From IMG/VR virus record IMGVR_UViG_3300023053_000001, positions 128,001-192,000 of that record: a stretch of DNA of 64,000 bases; one strand, given 5' to 3'. Within the stretch, counting starts at the first letter, position 1. Each line of letters starts with the position of its first letter. This document shows, piece after piece, positions 1 through 9,755 of this stretch. The notes beneath the pieces were generated by a model. It did no database searches and had not been told where the DNA came from. It worked only from the letters and a program-made list of their open reading frames with translations. The translations under genes were made by a program, and so were the position numbers. The DNA comes from a virus. Lineage: Duplodnaviria > Caudoviricetes.

Positions 1-3000
1 GTGGCGTGACGTGTACATCGGTCCGGGGTCGCTGTACCTGAATGGTCAGAAGATCCTGGAAGACACCGAGTCGGGCACCATCCGCATGACGGCCGACCCG
101 AACCAGAACATTGCCGTCCAGACCTCTGGCGCCGGTGATGTGGAGCTGGCTCCGCTGGGTACGGGTTTGATTCAGCTCAAGGGTAATGTCACCTTCTTGG
201 GTGGCTCGAAGATCCGCACGTCCAATGGCCTGGCGCTGTTGTTCGATGACGACTTCGCATTCACTCCCGGTACTGGCATCACGAATGGTCTGCGTGTAAC
301 GGGCGGCCTGTCGGTTGACGGTAACGTGGCATGGGATGCAGGCAACTTCAATCCGGCTACCAAGCTGGATGCAACGGCTACGGCTGCTGCGGCCACGAAG
401 TTGGCCACTGCACGCACCATGGCACTGGCCGGTACGGTCACCGGTTCGGCTACCTTCAACGGTACGACGAACATGACCATCAACACCACCATCGCAGATG
501 GGGCGTTGACGATCGGTAAGGTGTCGGGTCTGCAGGAAGTGCTCGATAGCAAGGCTACCGGCGGTGGCTTCGGTCTGGGTGTGGGTGTCAAGGACTTCAA
601 CTGGGCTCAGGACAACCGCGCCTCTCGCTTTGCTGCAGGTACCGTTGGTTCGCCGGAAACCGGTAAGAACTACATGGGCATGCGTACGGTGTTGGATCAT
701 ACCGACTTCTACGCGTTGAATGTGGCCGGTCGCAGTAACAAGCTGTGGTTCCAGACGATCGAAGCCGGTACGGTCCAGACGTGGAATGAGTTGTACCACA
801 CCGGTAACCTGACCATCGGTGACTATGCCAAGAAGACTGACGCTGCTCCCTCTGCTGCTAAGTGGACCACGCCGCGGAACTTCTACTACCAAGGTGACTT
901 CACGGGTAACGTCGCAATCGACGGCTCGCAAGACATCGGCGCTGTGGGTCGCTTGCGCGCCTACCAGCATGGTGGCACGGGTAACCAGTACGCAGGGCAG
1001 TACACCCGTATCGCTACGGCAACGCTGAGCGCGTTGTACGAGGATGCGGCCATTGCCTTCCGCATGATGGGCTACGGTGACGGTTCGACGTATGGTCGCA
1101 CTGCGGTGGTTCGCTTCCGTATCAAGCAGCAGGTTGCTCTGCCGGGCCTGCCGTACGTCAATGTCGACATCGAATCGGCCAACTACCTGAACCCGGAAGA
1201 TTTCTACGCTGTCATCAGCGATACGACGTCCTACCCGGTCAAGGTGGATCTGTACACCAAGATGAGCGGTACCTACTCGGGCCTGAAGAGCAGCGTGATC
1301 GCTCGTGGTGGTTCGCGTACGGTGGAGTTGCTCGAAGGTGACGGTTACGTCGCTTCGCTGCCGGCCGGTACCGTTGTTCAGGGCGTTGCCGATGCAAGTC
1401 GCAACTACGCTGCCACTTACGCTGCTCGCGATGGCATGACCATCGCAGGTAATGAAGTCTGGCATGCGGGAAACATGGTCAAGGCCAACTTGCATCAGCT
1501 CGATACGGCTTCGGTCGGCGATGTGACCTTTGCTGGCAGCAGTAACGGTCGCGGTGTCAAGTTCTGGAACTCGGACAACTACAAGGTCTACATGAGTCAA
1601 GCCACTGACACGTCCTTCGGTGGACGCGTTGATGGTGAGACCAAGTCCGATTACAACATGCATTTCCGCATGGGTTCCACCGTTGCGCAGAATCGCGGCT
1701 TCGTGTTCGAGTACGCCTACGGCTCCAAGTTGTTCGGCATTCATCCCGATGGCGTGCGGTCTGTGGTAGGCGTCAGTGCTCCGACGCTGGCCTCGCTCAA
1801 TCCCAACAACACCAATGCATCGGTGACGTTGAGCTGGCAGGCTAACGTTCCGCGCATCCGCATCGGTGGCACGGGTACCGGTGCAGGTGCAACGTTCCGC
1901 ATCCAAGGTGAAGGTGATTTCAATCGCATGTCCTTGGACAGTGCCGGTAACATGGTACTGCCCGGTTACGTGGATGCAAAGAACACGCTCAACCGCGTGA
2001 TCCTGCCAACGACCGGAAACGCAGCGAAGTGGCTCAAGATCGGTACTGCAACATGGGCCGGCGCTAACCCGCGCTACCTGCAGTTTGAGGCAGCCTCGGG
2101 TAACTACGGCGTGCGCCGTATGGCACGTGACATTGTCACGGTCAACAACCGCGGATATACCAACACCACGTTGTCGCTGACCCAAGCGATCGTCAATTCG
2201 ATCGTGGACCATCAGCGTATCCGTCAAACCGATGTGGGGTCGGATTTCCTGCAAGTGGGTCTGGTACTCACCGGCACGGCCTCGGCCAGCACCGGTGTGG
2301 AGATCTGGATCAAGGTAGGGTTGTACAACTCGGGCATGCCGCTGACGTTGATCAACAACGACAGCATCGCCTGGGAAGCTCGCGACAACAGTCTGGTCGA
2401 CACCGAACCGTCGGGTATCGTCTACGCTACGGCGTACGACATCCTCAGCACGCGTGATCTGGAAACGGATACCACGTGGAAGGGGACGCAGTATTTCGAG
2501 GCAAACAACACGCACTTCGGTAGCAAGGCTGGCAGCAATGTCATTCTGGAAATCGGCGGGCGTGCAGGTGTGGCGACGTCGTCGGGATTGGACTTCCACT
2601 CCAGTGGTGGTAACAACGACTTCGATTCGCGCATCTTGGCCTCCGGTGGCGACGGTACGACCAACGGCGCAGGTACGTTGACGGCTTCGGCTGCCACGTT
2701 TGCGTTCACTGGCAACATCACCCTGCCTGTCAGTAAGAACATCACCTTCGGTGCGGGTAGTTCGATCATCCGCGATGCAGGTGCTGCGGGCCTGGTTCTG
2801 TCCACTGCGACCGGCGGCGCGATCTACCTGCGGCCCAAGGGCGACACGAATTCGGCTAACCAGTTCATGGTCAACGAAGCCAATGTCTCGTACAACGGCA
2901 ATGTGATCTGGCATGCGGGTAATTTCAATCCCTCTGGTCGTGTGGAACGTGGTACTACCACACTCAATGCGGATGCAACCGTCCCGTCGGGTTACTTCAG

Positions 3001-5545
3001 TGACGTCGCCAACGATCTGGCGTTCAAGTACAGTCAGAATAGCACCGGTTCGACGGGCTTCCCCACTGAGTTCGGCGCAACGTTGTCGGTCATCATGGGT
3101 CGTCAGAACACCCGTTCGTTTGACCTGCACATTCCGACCAACTCGCCCAACTCCATGTACTACCGCGGCTATCCGTCCACGGGTAACGTCGGTGGTGACT
3201 GGAAGCTGATCGCATCACCGAGTAACGCACATGCGTGGCAGGCCTTGCAGACATTCAACGTCGGCTTGACCATTCCCAACAACATCCTGGCCAATCTGGG
3301 CAGCGGTGGTGGTGGGTTGCGCGGTACGTCCACCGGCAGTGTGGTTCTGAGTGCCGGTACCGGTGCCAACGGGTACGTGTATCTGCGTCCCAATGGCGAT
3401 GGCTCGACGGTCGGTCAGGCTGCACTCTACGCCAATGGTCAATTGGAACTGACCAGCATCAAGGTCGGTCAGGGTGTGGGCGATGGTGGCGTGATGTTGG
3501 AACTGGCAGGCGATCGCGCATGGCAGTTCAAGCAGGCCGGCGCTGGCGCTACGTCGTCGCTGGAACTGTACGACAGCATTGGTGGTAAGGACTTCAAGAT
3601 CACCGGCTTGGGTAGTACCGGTACGATCATGTTCTCGCCGTACAACGGCACTGTCACCGCCACGACGTTTGTGGGTAAGCTCACGGGTAATGCCGACAGC
3701 GCCACCACTGCCACTACGGCAGCGACGGCGTCAGGGTTTGCTGATGGTACCAGCTCGACTTCGTTCTTGCGACGCGATGCGCAAAACGCCTCGGATCTGC
3801 GGTTCCAGTCCGGCGATGGTCGCGGTATGCGGTTCTGGGACAATGACGGTTACAAGATCTCGATGGCTGCCTCCACTTCCACCCCGGGTGGTCGTGTTGC
3901 TGGTGAAACCACCAGCGATTACAACATGTATTTCAACATGGGTGGCGGTACCAATCGTGGTTTTGTGTTCGGCATCAATGGCGGTACCAAGTTCTTTGGT
4001 ATCAATCCCAATGGTGTTCGTTCCACTGTCAACGTAACGGCTCCGGCCTTCATCGGTGCATTGACGGGTAATGCTGACACGGCAACCAAGTTGGCCACTC
4101 CGCGCACTATCAACGGCGTGGCTTTTGATGGTTCGTCCAACATCACCGTTCCGGCTACTTGGAATGGCGGTGCGGTCAGTGGAGCGATCAACTCGTTTGC
4201 AGGTACCATTGATACGCAGACTGCTCCCCTCACCATGGGTTGGTCCAGTGGCAATACGCGTTGGGCCCACGTACTGGAAGCGAATGCCACGTACTCGCTG
4301 TATGCGTATAACTCGGCTGGTGGCGGTACGATGCAGGCCATGTACGTCCAGACCCCGTCCAATGGTGGTTCGCCGCTGAGGATTGCCACGGAGGGTTATT
4401 TCCATGGTCGTGCTAATGGCGAGAACGGTATTGCCTTTGCAGTCGGCAATGATGCGACGATCAATGACATTGGCGTTGGCCACACGTTGGGTATCAACAG
4501 TGTCGCCGATCCGACGGCCGGTGGTATCCGGTTGGGTAACTCCGGTCCGCATCTGCTCGGTAGTGCCTCTCGCCTGAGCATCGATAGGGAAGTTGCCACC
4601 ACCTACGCAAACGGCTACCGCATTGTGCAGGGTAACTACGGTTCGTTCTGGCGCAATGATGGCACCACGATGTACCTGATGACCACCGCTTCTGGTGATC
4701 CGTACGGTACGTGGGGTCCTACCCGTCCATTCGCGGTGGATCTGAACAGCGGTAGCGTGTCCATGGGCAGTAACTTGGCTGTAACGGGCATGGCCGGCGC
4801 TCAGCGATTCTACGCCGGTTGGGATTCGGGTAATGCCGGTTCCATGTCGTGCAACAACTGGTTCCGCTCCACCGGCCAAACTGGTTGGTTCAGTAGTGAC
4901 TACGGTGGCGGTATCTACATGACCGACACCACGTACGTGCAGGTCTATAATGGCAAAGCCATGAAGGCGGCATGGTTCGAGGTCAACGGTCCGGTCCACA
5001 ACCCCCAGCAGTACGCATCGGCAGCCGCTTTCCGGGCCTACGGCAACTACGGTGGCGGTTACGGCCTGATCGACGGTGGCGCTCACATCTCCATGTACTC
5101 GGTGGGTGGTCACCTGAACTTCGGTTTCGGTACGGGGGCAGTTGCCGGTAAGGCCTCGATCCAGTCCGACGGTACGTTCTACGGTTACGACTTTGCGATC
5201 AACTCCGATCGCACGATGAAGAAGAACATCAAGCCGTTCCGCTACAATGGACGGTTGCGCCCGGTTCGTTTCCAGTGGCGTGCAGATGGTTCGCTCGACA
5301 TCGGCTTCATCGCACAGGAAGTGCAAAAGCAATACCCCGAAGCAGTCAAGCTGGATGAGCAAACCGGTAAGCTGCGTCTGACGCAGTCCAAGTTGACCGC
5401 AGTGGTGGCCTATCAGGTCAACGCCGTGGAAGATGAGGTCATCCGGTTGAAGGCGCACGTCAAGCGTAAGGATCGTCAGTTGGCACAGGCGTTGAAGAGC
5501 ATCAAAACTCTGCAGCGTCAGATGGCCAAGTTGATGAAGAAGTAA
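1..5545 (+). CDS. Long tail fibre protein with C-terminal intramolecular chaperone (peptidase S74-like); 5' end lies upstream of the window
   Basis: Frame is open from base 2 (W-R-D-V-Y-I-G-P-G-S-L-Y), so the true start is outside the window. Gly/Ser/Thr/Asn-rich with fibre motifs (ATKLATPRTING, VWHAGNF, GNYGSFWRNDG..RPF). Ends in SDRTMKKNI..GFIAQEVQ..PEAV plus a coiled coil, typical of S74 chaperones. Confidence 0.9.
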   Translation, partial: WRDVYIGPGSLYLNGQKILEDTESGTIRMTADPNQNIAVQTSGAGDVELAPLGTGLIQLKGNVTFLGGSKIRTSNGLALLFDDDFAFTPGTGITNGLRVTGGLSVDGNVAWDAGNFNPATKLDATATAAAATKLATARTMALAGTVTGSATFNGTTNMTINTTIADGALTIGKVSGLQEVLDSKATGGGFGLGVGVKDFNWAQDNRASRFAAGTVGSPETGKNYMGMRTVLDHTDFYALNVAGRSNKLWFQTIEAGTVQTWNELYHTGNLTIGDYAKKTDAAPSAAKWTTPRNFYYQGDFTGNVAIDGSQDIGAVGRLRAYQHGGTGNQYAGQYTRIATATLSALYEDAAIAFRMMGYGDGSTYGRTAVVRFRIKQQVALPGLPYVNVDIESANYLNPEDFYAVISDTTSYPVKVDLYTKMSGTYSGLKSSVIARGGSRTVELLEGDGYVASLPAGTVVQGVADASRNYAATYAARDGMTIAGNEVWHAGNMVKANLHQLDTASVGDVTFAGSSNGRGVKFWNSDNYKVYMSQATDTSFGGRVDGETKSDYNMHFRMGSTVAQNRGFVFEYAYGSKLFGIHPDGVRSVVGVSAPTLASLNPNNTNASVTLSWQANVPRIRIGGTGTGAGATFRIQGEGDFNRMSLDSAGNMVLPGYVDAKNTLNRVILPTTGNAAKWLKIGTATWAGANPRYLQFEAASGNYGVRRMARDIVTVNNRGYTNTTLSLTQAIVNSIVDHQRIRQTDVGSDFLQVGLVLTGTASASTGVEIWIKVGLYNSGMPLTLINNDSIAWEARDNSLVDTEPSGIVYATAYDILSTRDLETDTTWKGTQYFEANNTHFGSKAGSNVILEIGGRAGVATSSGLDFHSSGGNNDFDSRILASGGDGTTNGAGTLTASAATFAFTGNITLPVSKNITFGAGSSIIRDAGAAGLVLSTATGGAIYLRPKGDTNSANQFMVNEANVSYNGNVIWHAGNFNPSGRVERGTTTLNADATVPSGYFSDVANDLAFKYSQNSTGSTGFPTEFGATLSVIMGRQNTRSFDLHIPTNSPNSMYYRGYPSTGNVGGDWKLIASPSNAHAWQALQTFNVGLTIPNNILANLGSGGGGLRGTSTGSVVLSAGTGANGYVYLRPNGDGSTVGQAALYANGQLELTSIKVGQGVGDGGVMLELAGDRAWQFKQAGAGATSSLELYDSIGGKDFKITGLGSTGTIMFSPYNGTVTATTFVGKLTGNADSATTATTAATASGFADGTSSTSFLRRDAQNASDLRFQSGDGRGMRFWDNDGYKISMAASTSTPGGRVAGETTSDYNMYFNMGGGTNRGFVFGINGGTKFFGINPNGVRSTVNVTAPAFIGALTGNADTATKLATPRTINGVAFDGSSNITVPATWNGGAVSGAINSFAGTIDTQTAPLTMGWSSGNTRWAHVLEANATYSLYAYNSAGGGTMQAMYVQTPSNGGSPLRIATEGYFHGRANGENGIAFAVGNDATINDIGVGHTLGINSVADPTAGGIRLGNSGPHLLGSASRLSIDREVATTYANGYRIVQGNYGSFWRNDGTTMYLMTTASGDPYGTWGPTRPFAVDLNSGSVSMGSNLAVTGMAGAQRFYAGWDSGNAGSMSCNNWFRSTGQTGWFSSDYGGGIYMTDTTYVQVYNGKAMKAAWFEVNGPVHNPQQYASAAAFRAYGNYGGGYGLIDGGAHISMYSVGGHLNFGFGTGAVAGKASIQSDGTFYGYDFAINSDRTMKKNIKPFRYNGRLRPVRFQWRADGSLDIGFIAQEVQKQYPEAVKLDEQTGKLRLTQSKLTAVVAYQVNAVEDEVIRLKAHVKRKDRQLAQALKSIKTLQRQMAKLMKK

Positions 5546-5550
5546 GTCAG

Positions 5551-5572
5551 TCCCGGGAGGGCAACCTCCCGG
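5551..5572 (+). terminator. GC-rich hairpin after the tail fibre gene
   Basis: CCCGGGAGG-GCAA-CCTCCCGGG immediately after the TAA stop; weak U-tract. Confidence 0.55.
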
Positions 5573-5592
5573 GCATTTACTGGGAACTTTTT

Positions 5593-6048
5593 ATGCCTCT
5601 AGGTCCAACCCCCTCATTGCGCGAAGCGTTGGGAATGTTTGGCGGTACGAACCTGCGCGGTCTTACCCGTAATGGTGGTCGCGTCCCCAACAACTCAGCC
5701 AATCAAAACATCTCCACTGACGTCAACTCTCTGAGGCTTCGTCAATTCGGCGGTGCCGATGTCAATACGTCTTCCCCGCTCAGCGTCAGCGCACCGGACG
5801 TGTTCAATCAGGTCAATGCCGGTACTGCAGCCGGTTCGTCTGTGGCCAGTCCCTCGGGCGGTGCAGGCGGATATACTGTCACGTGGTCCGGTGGCTCAGG
5901 TGCTAACCTGCGTCAAAATGGTAACACCGCATCTTTCTCCGCCACCCGTTCTGTTTCCACCACAGCTACTGTCACCGTACGCGATGCGGCCGGTACGACC
6001 GTCAGCAAGAACATCATTGTGGAACTCACAGTGGGTCGTCCTCTCTAA
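5593..6048 (+). CDS. Putative tail-fibre tip protein/adhesin A (shared N-terminal anchor plus Ig-like C-terminal domain)
   Basis: N-terminus (FGG..L.RNG..VP.NS...NIST......RQF.GAD) is shared with the next gene. C-terminus has the Ig-like pattern PSGGAGGYTVTWS..ATVTVRDAAG. Confidence 0.6.
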   Translation: MPLGPTPSLREALGMFGGTNLRGLTRNGGRVPNNSANQNISTDVNSLRLRQFGGADVNTSSPLSVSAPDVFNQVNAGTAAGSSVASPSGGAGGYTVTWSGGSGANLRQNGNTASFSATRSVSTTATVTVRDAAGTTVSKNIIVELTVGRPL

Positions 6049-6112
6049 GTAGTTCTTTCGGACATTGGAAGTCAGCAAGAATCGCAATAACCAACTTCCG
6101 TAGATCCGAACA

Positions 6113-6691
6113 ATGGCAGTTAATTTCCCCGTACGCATGTCCCAGATCCGCAGCGTGTTTGGCGGAAATGGTCGTGCAAGTGAGTATTTGCGCAATGGTG
6201 CGCTGGTACCTACCAATTCCACCACCGGTAACATTTCCACTGAGCGAGCAGGATGGCGTTTCAGGCAGTTCAACGGTGCCGATAAAACTACAGCGCCGCC
6301 GGCTCCGACGTTCCAGTCGCTGTCTGCGTCTGATGAAATCTTCGTAAGTAATGGCGGTGGTTCAGCTTCGTGCAACATCACCATGCGTAACGACGGGGTC
6401 ATGGCCGTGTACCAGGAAAACGGTGGCTCTTACGATGCCTATCGCTGGTTGCCTGATGGCCGATCCCCGGGCGAGTATCAATTTCGCATCAGTTACTACG
6501 ACCAGAACAACTTCGGTCCTTGGCAATCGCTGGACCAGAGCGCTGGGATATGTAGCGCCAGTGCGTGGTCCGATGGTTTCTACAGTGGTAGCGATCAATT
6601 GACCACTTACGTACAGATCGGCGCTGGCGGTGTAGCACTCACCGGCATTCTCCCGTTCAACTGTTCAGCCAACGCCAACGGCCGCGGATGA
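6113..6691 (+). CDS. Putative tail-fibre tip protein/adhesin B (same N-terminal anchor, different aromatic-rich C-terminal domain)
   Basis: Paralogous ~55-aa N-terminus with 5593..6048; C-terminal beta-rich domain rich in W/Y/G/S. Confidence 0.6.
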   Translation: MAVNFPVRMSQIRSVFGGNGRASEYLRNGALVPTNSTTGNISTERAGWRFRQFNGADKTTAPPAPTFQSLSASDEIFVSNGGGSASCNITMRNDGVMAVYQENGGSYDAYRWLPDGRSPGEYQFRISYYDQNNFGPWQSLDQSAGICSASAWSDGFYSGSDQLTTYVQIGAGGVALTGILPFNCSANANGRG

Positions 6692-6730
6692 TCAATAATG
6701 TGAAGCCTTCTTTAACCTGAGGAACTCCCC

Positions 6731-7219
6731 GTGGCCGACGCAACTCCGACCAACGCACGTTTCATCGCTCTGGGCAACGGCCTGGTGGGTGAAATGCTGA
6801 CCCACCAGATTCAGCTGTTCTATGATCCCACCACCGAAGAGGTGCGTGCGATCTTCAACGGCTACGTCTACCTGTTCACCGGCGATCAGTTCCGCCGCGT
6901 GGGCGATGAGAACGACATCCTGCATGTCGAACTCAAAGACCTGATGGGTCTGACCCCGGTCCCGCCCAACACCCTGAAAGATCCGGTGACCGGCGCTGAC
7001 CTGTCCAAGATCTCCGTCGCTGGCGTGGTGATGATCATCAAGGCTGCCTACGACTACTTCTTCAACCAGCGCGCCCTGCAACGGCAGTCGGCCCTGGACC
7101 TGGAGAAGCTGGCGTTGGAACAACAGCGCGCCGCTGAAAATCCGGTGTTGCAGCTGGAGGCCCCGAGCGTGGCCGCCCTCCCCGCGCCGGATGCAGGCAC
7201 TGCTGAAATCGAAGCGTAA
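6731..7219 (+). CDS. Hypothetical protein in the tail-fibre module
   Basis: GTG start with GAGGA RBS and strong phage codon bias. Confidence 0.75.
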   Translation: MADATPTNARFIALGNGLVGEMLTHQIQLFYDPTTEEVRAIFNGYVYLFTGDQFRRVGDENDILHVELKDLMGLTPVPPNTLKDPVTGADLSKISVAGVVMIIKAAYDYFFNQRALQRQSALDLEKLALEQQRAAENPVLQLEAPSVAALPAPDAGTAEIEA

Positions 7220-7300
7220 AACAGATGGTCGGTGCGAGGCGGTAGGCAACTACCGCTTCGCATCGTCTATTTTATGGCATCTCTTACTAAGGTCACAGGT

Positions 7301-7597
7301 ATGTCTCGACCGTTCTCGCTGGCACATCACCAGCCCCAGCAAACTCCGCTGTGTCAGTTGACCAAGCATGAGCAAGTCCGCGTGCAACGGGACCTGCTGC
7401 TGCGTACGGTCAGTGACATCCTGCAGCGCCACAGTAACCAGGTCAATTTCGGCGTTCATCCCAGCATTGACCCGGATCACATTCAAGACGTGGCGAACTA
7501 CGCCCAGCGTCTTCGTGACGTCCCGCAGCAACCGTCTTTCCCCGATGTGGTCTGGCCGAAAGTGCCCAAGTGCATTCGTGCCCTCATCGTTTCGTAA
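7301..7597 (+). CDS. Tail fibre assembly chaperone (phage tail assembly chaperone-like)
   Basis: QRDLLL..SD...YAQRLRDVPQQPSFPDVVWPKVP matches the RN.LL..SD..YRQ.LRD.P.Q..FP..V.WP..P pattern. Start could also be 7274. Confidence 0.75.
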   Translation: MSRPFSLAHHQPQQTPLCQLTKHEQVRVQRDLLLRTVSDILQRHSNQVNFGVHPSIDPDHIQDVANYAQRLRDVPQQPSFPDVVWPKVPKCIRALIVS

Positions 7598-7620
7598 ACC
7601 ACTAGACATTAGGTCCGACC

Positions 7621-8490
7621 ATGGCAAGCATCACTCGCGTTTCCCAGATCACTCGTACCGTGTACGGTAGCCGGCTGCAGACCCTGCAGTACCTGGGTCT
7701 GCCCTACACCCATTGGGAGAACACCACTCTCAATGAGAAGTTCGGCATCCATGCTGGTGTCATCCCGGCCAACCAAGCCGTGCCGCGTGCGCGTTACTTC
7801 GCCATCGGCAACAAGGGCCATCGCAACCAAGCCGGTGTCGATGGTCAGCCCTACACCAGCCCCATCAAGCACTCCGCTACGGATGCGGCTCTGTACGGTC
7901 ACCTGCCCTTCGTCCTGCGTCGGGCGACCGACGATCTGGACGCTACCCAGCGTGCCCGCTACGGCCTGCGTACCTTCGTCAGCGTCGGCGGCGTGCAGTA
8001 CGTGGCGTACTACCTGCGTCGACTGGTCTTCACCGACGTCGTGCCGCAGGCACTGATCAACACCAAGAAGGATGGCGTCACCACCTCGGTGCCGTTCATT
8101 CCCGATGGTTCGAACCTGAACCCGTCTGCCCCGACCATTCCCAACACCGGTGTGGTCACCACTGACGGTACGACGGTGTCGGTCTCCACGGTGCTCAACA
8201 TGAGCTTCACCGAGAACGACGTCGCCGAGTTCATGGAAGCTGTAAAAATTCTGTACGATAACCCATATTACGGCGTTATCTCCGAGATCGCCTTGGTAGC
8301 CGGCGTGGACCAGACGGTTCCGCTGCTGCAGCCCGGTGGTGGTTCGGCTGGTTCCTACAGCGAAGTGCTGGGCGCCACCGTCACCTCTTTCGTGTCGGAC
8401 AACTTCCCGGTGGCCTTCGCCAACAAGGGCTTCGACTTCAATCTGGACATGGGCGCTTCCGAGCCCCTGTTCGTACTGGACAACGGCTAA
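7621..8490 (+). CDS. phiKZ-like virion structural protein (probably baseplate/tail)
   Basis: TRTVYGSRLQ..YFAIGNKGH..HSATDAALYGHLPFVLR pattern recalled from phiKZ-like structural proteins. Confidence 0.6.
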   Translation: MASITRVSQITRTVYGSRLQTLQYLGLPYTHWENTTLNEKFGIHAGVIPANQAVPRARYFAIGNKGHRNQAGVDGQPYTSPIKHSATDAALYGHLPFVLRRATDDLDATQRARYGLRTFVSVGGVQYVAYYLRRLVFTDVVPQALINTKKDGVTTSVPFIPDGSNLNPSAPTIPNTGVVTTDGTTVSVSTVLNMSFTENDVAEFMEAVKILYDNPYYGVISEIALVAGVDQTVPLLQPGGGSAGSYSEVLGATVTSFVSDNFPVAFANKGFDFNLDMGASEPLFVLDNG

Positions 8491-8495
8491 TTCTC

Positions 8496-9077
8496 ATGCT
8501 CCCCAAACCACCTGGCGAAGAACCTCTTCGCATCGTCAGTCTCGATCCGGGTACCGATACCTTCGGTGCAGCCCAGATTGAGATTGATTTGAGTAATCGC
8601 CAGGTGTCATTGGCGGAGGCACATCTGTTCCGTGGCTCACAACTCCAGCGCGAGTTCGTCACGGCCAGCCGTTACCACGGAGACCTGTTTGCCCGTTTGT
8701 TGGGCCACGAGGAAAATCTGCTGGGGTTCCTCCATTACGCACAACCGCACGTGATTGTCACCGAGTCGCCGTACATGGGTCGCTTTGCGACTTCCTACGG
8801 TGCCTTGTCTAAACTGATGAATGCCATCCATCGCGCCTGCTGGCGCTACGATCAATTCGCTACCCTGCGCACTGTGGACCCGTCCACCGTGAAGAAGTAC
8901 ATGGGCGTGAAAGGCACCAGTGGTGATAAGACGTTGATGACGCGTGCGATTATGTCGAAAACCGATCTGCTCAATCCCAGCGGGATTGATCTGGCGGAAT
9001 TGGACGAACATCGCATCGACGCAATTTGCATCGGGTACTACCAAGCCGGTATCATCCTCCCCAATCTTCCCATTTGA
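8496..9077 (+). CDS. ruvC: RuvC-like Holliday junction resolvase
   Basis: IVSLDPGT (catalytic D), VIVTESP (E), TVKKYMG..G..DK, and EHRIDAICIG (C-terminal acidic residues). Confidence 0.85.
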   Translation: MLPKPPGEEPLRIVSLDPGTDTFGAAQIEIDLSNRQVSLAEAHLFRGSQLQREFVTASRYHGDLFARLLGHEENLLGFLHYAQPHVIVTESPYMGRFATSYGALSKLMNAIHRACWRYDQFATLRTVDPSTVKKYMGVKGTSGDKTLMTRAIMSKTDLLNPSGIDLAELDEHRIDAICIGYYQAGIILPNLPI

Positions 9078-9084
9078 GGTTGAC

Positions 9085-9693
9085 ATGAAACTGGCAGACC
9101 TGTTGGGGAGTGTTAGCACCATTCCCCTCTCGCAACTCCCCTGGGCCCCGCCGCTGTTGATCGCACTCAACGATGGCGTACAGGACCACCTGAAAGCATC
9201 TTTGGACCACACCGGTTCGGAGGTCATCGCACTGTTGGTGAGCCGTGGTTCTACTGCGGCCTTGCAGCTGTACAACGCCGATTTCGATTTGGCTACCGGA
9301 GCCCTGACTCCGCAGGCTGAACCGGCTCCGGCTGTGGTGGTTCCTACTCCCGCCGCTTCGACGGTGGCTGTTCCGGTTGTTGCGGTTCCGCAACCGGAGC
9401 CTCGCCAGTGGAATGCGAACAAGGTCATTGCCGCCGCTGGCGCTATCTTCATCCTGTTGATCTCGCTGGCTATGGTCGCGGCGATCTTCACGGGTAAGCA
9501 GCCCACGCCGGAGCAGACCCGTGTGATGGAGAAGGCTATCGATGTCTTGGGTGATGTTACCAAGACCATGGCCAACGACGACGCGCGCCGTCAGCCGCAA
9601 CCGCAGCAGACTCAGCCGGGACCGTTCGATCCGCAGCCCTTCCCTCCGGGCCAGCCGCCGTACACGTTCCCGCAGGACACACCCCCGCAATAG
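9085..9693 (+). CDS. Single-pass membrane protein with Pro/Gln-rich C-terminus
   Basis: ATG at 9085 after GAGG; hydrophobic stretch VIAAAGAIFILLISLAMVAAIFTG; tail QPQPQQTQPGPFDPQPFPPGQPP. Confidence 0.7.
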   Translation: MKLADLLGSVSTIPLSQLPWAPPLLIALNDGVQDHLKASLDHTGSEVIALLVSRGSTAALQLYNADFDLATGALTPQAEPAPAVVVPTPAASTVAVPVVAVPQPEPRQWNANKVIAAAGAIFILLISLAMVAAIFTGKQPTPEQTRVMEKAIDVLGDVTKTMANDDARRQPQPQQTQPGPFDPQPFPPGQPPYTFPQDTPPQ

Positions 9694-9697
9694 CGGA

Positions 9698-9732
9698 CAT
9701 AAAGCCCCTCCCATCGCGGGAGGGGCTTTATG
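9698..9732. terminator. CATA-stem-loop-TATG element 1 (convergent junction)
   Basis: CATAAAGCCCCTCCC-ATCGC-GGGAGGGGCTTTATG, a perfect 15-bp inverted repeat. Confidence 0.7.
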
Positions 9733-9755
9733 CTGTCTGTATGGCCCTATGCGGC

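Noticed and set aside
5545-7600. Shufflon or invertible tail-fibre switch
   Set aside because: No invertase and no inverted recombination sites seen; all genes are on the same strand
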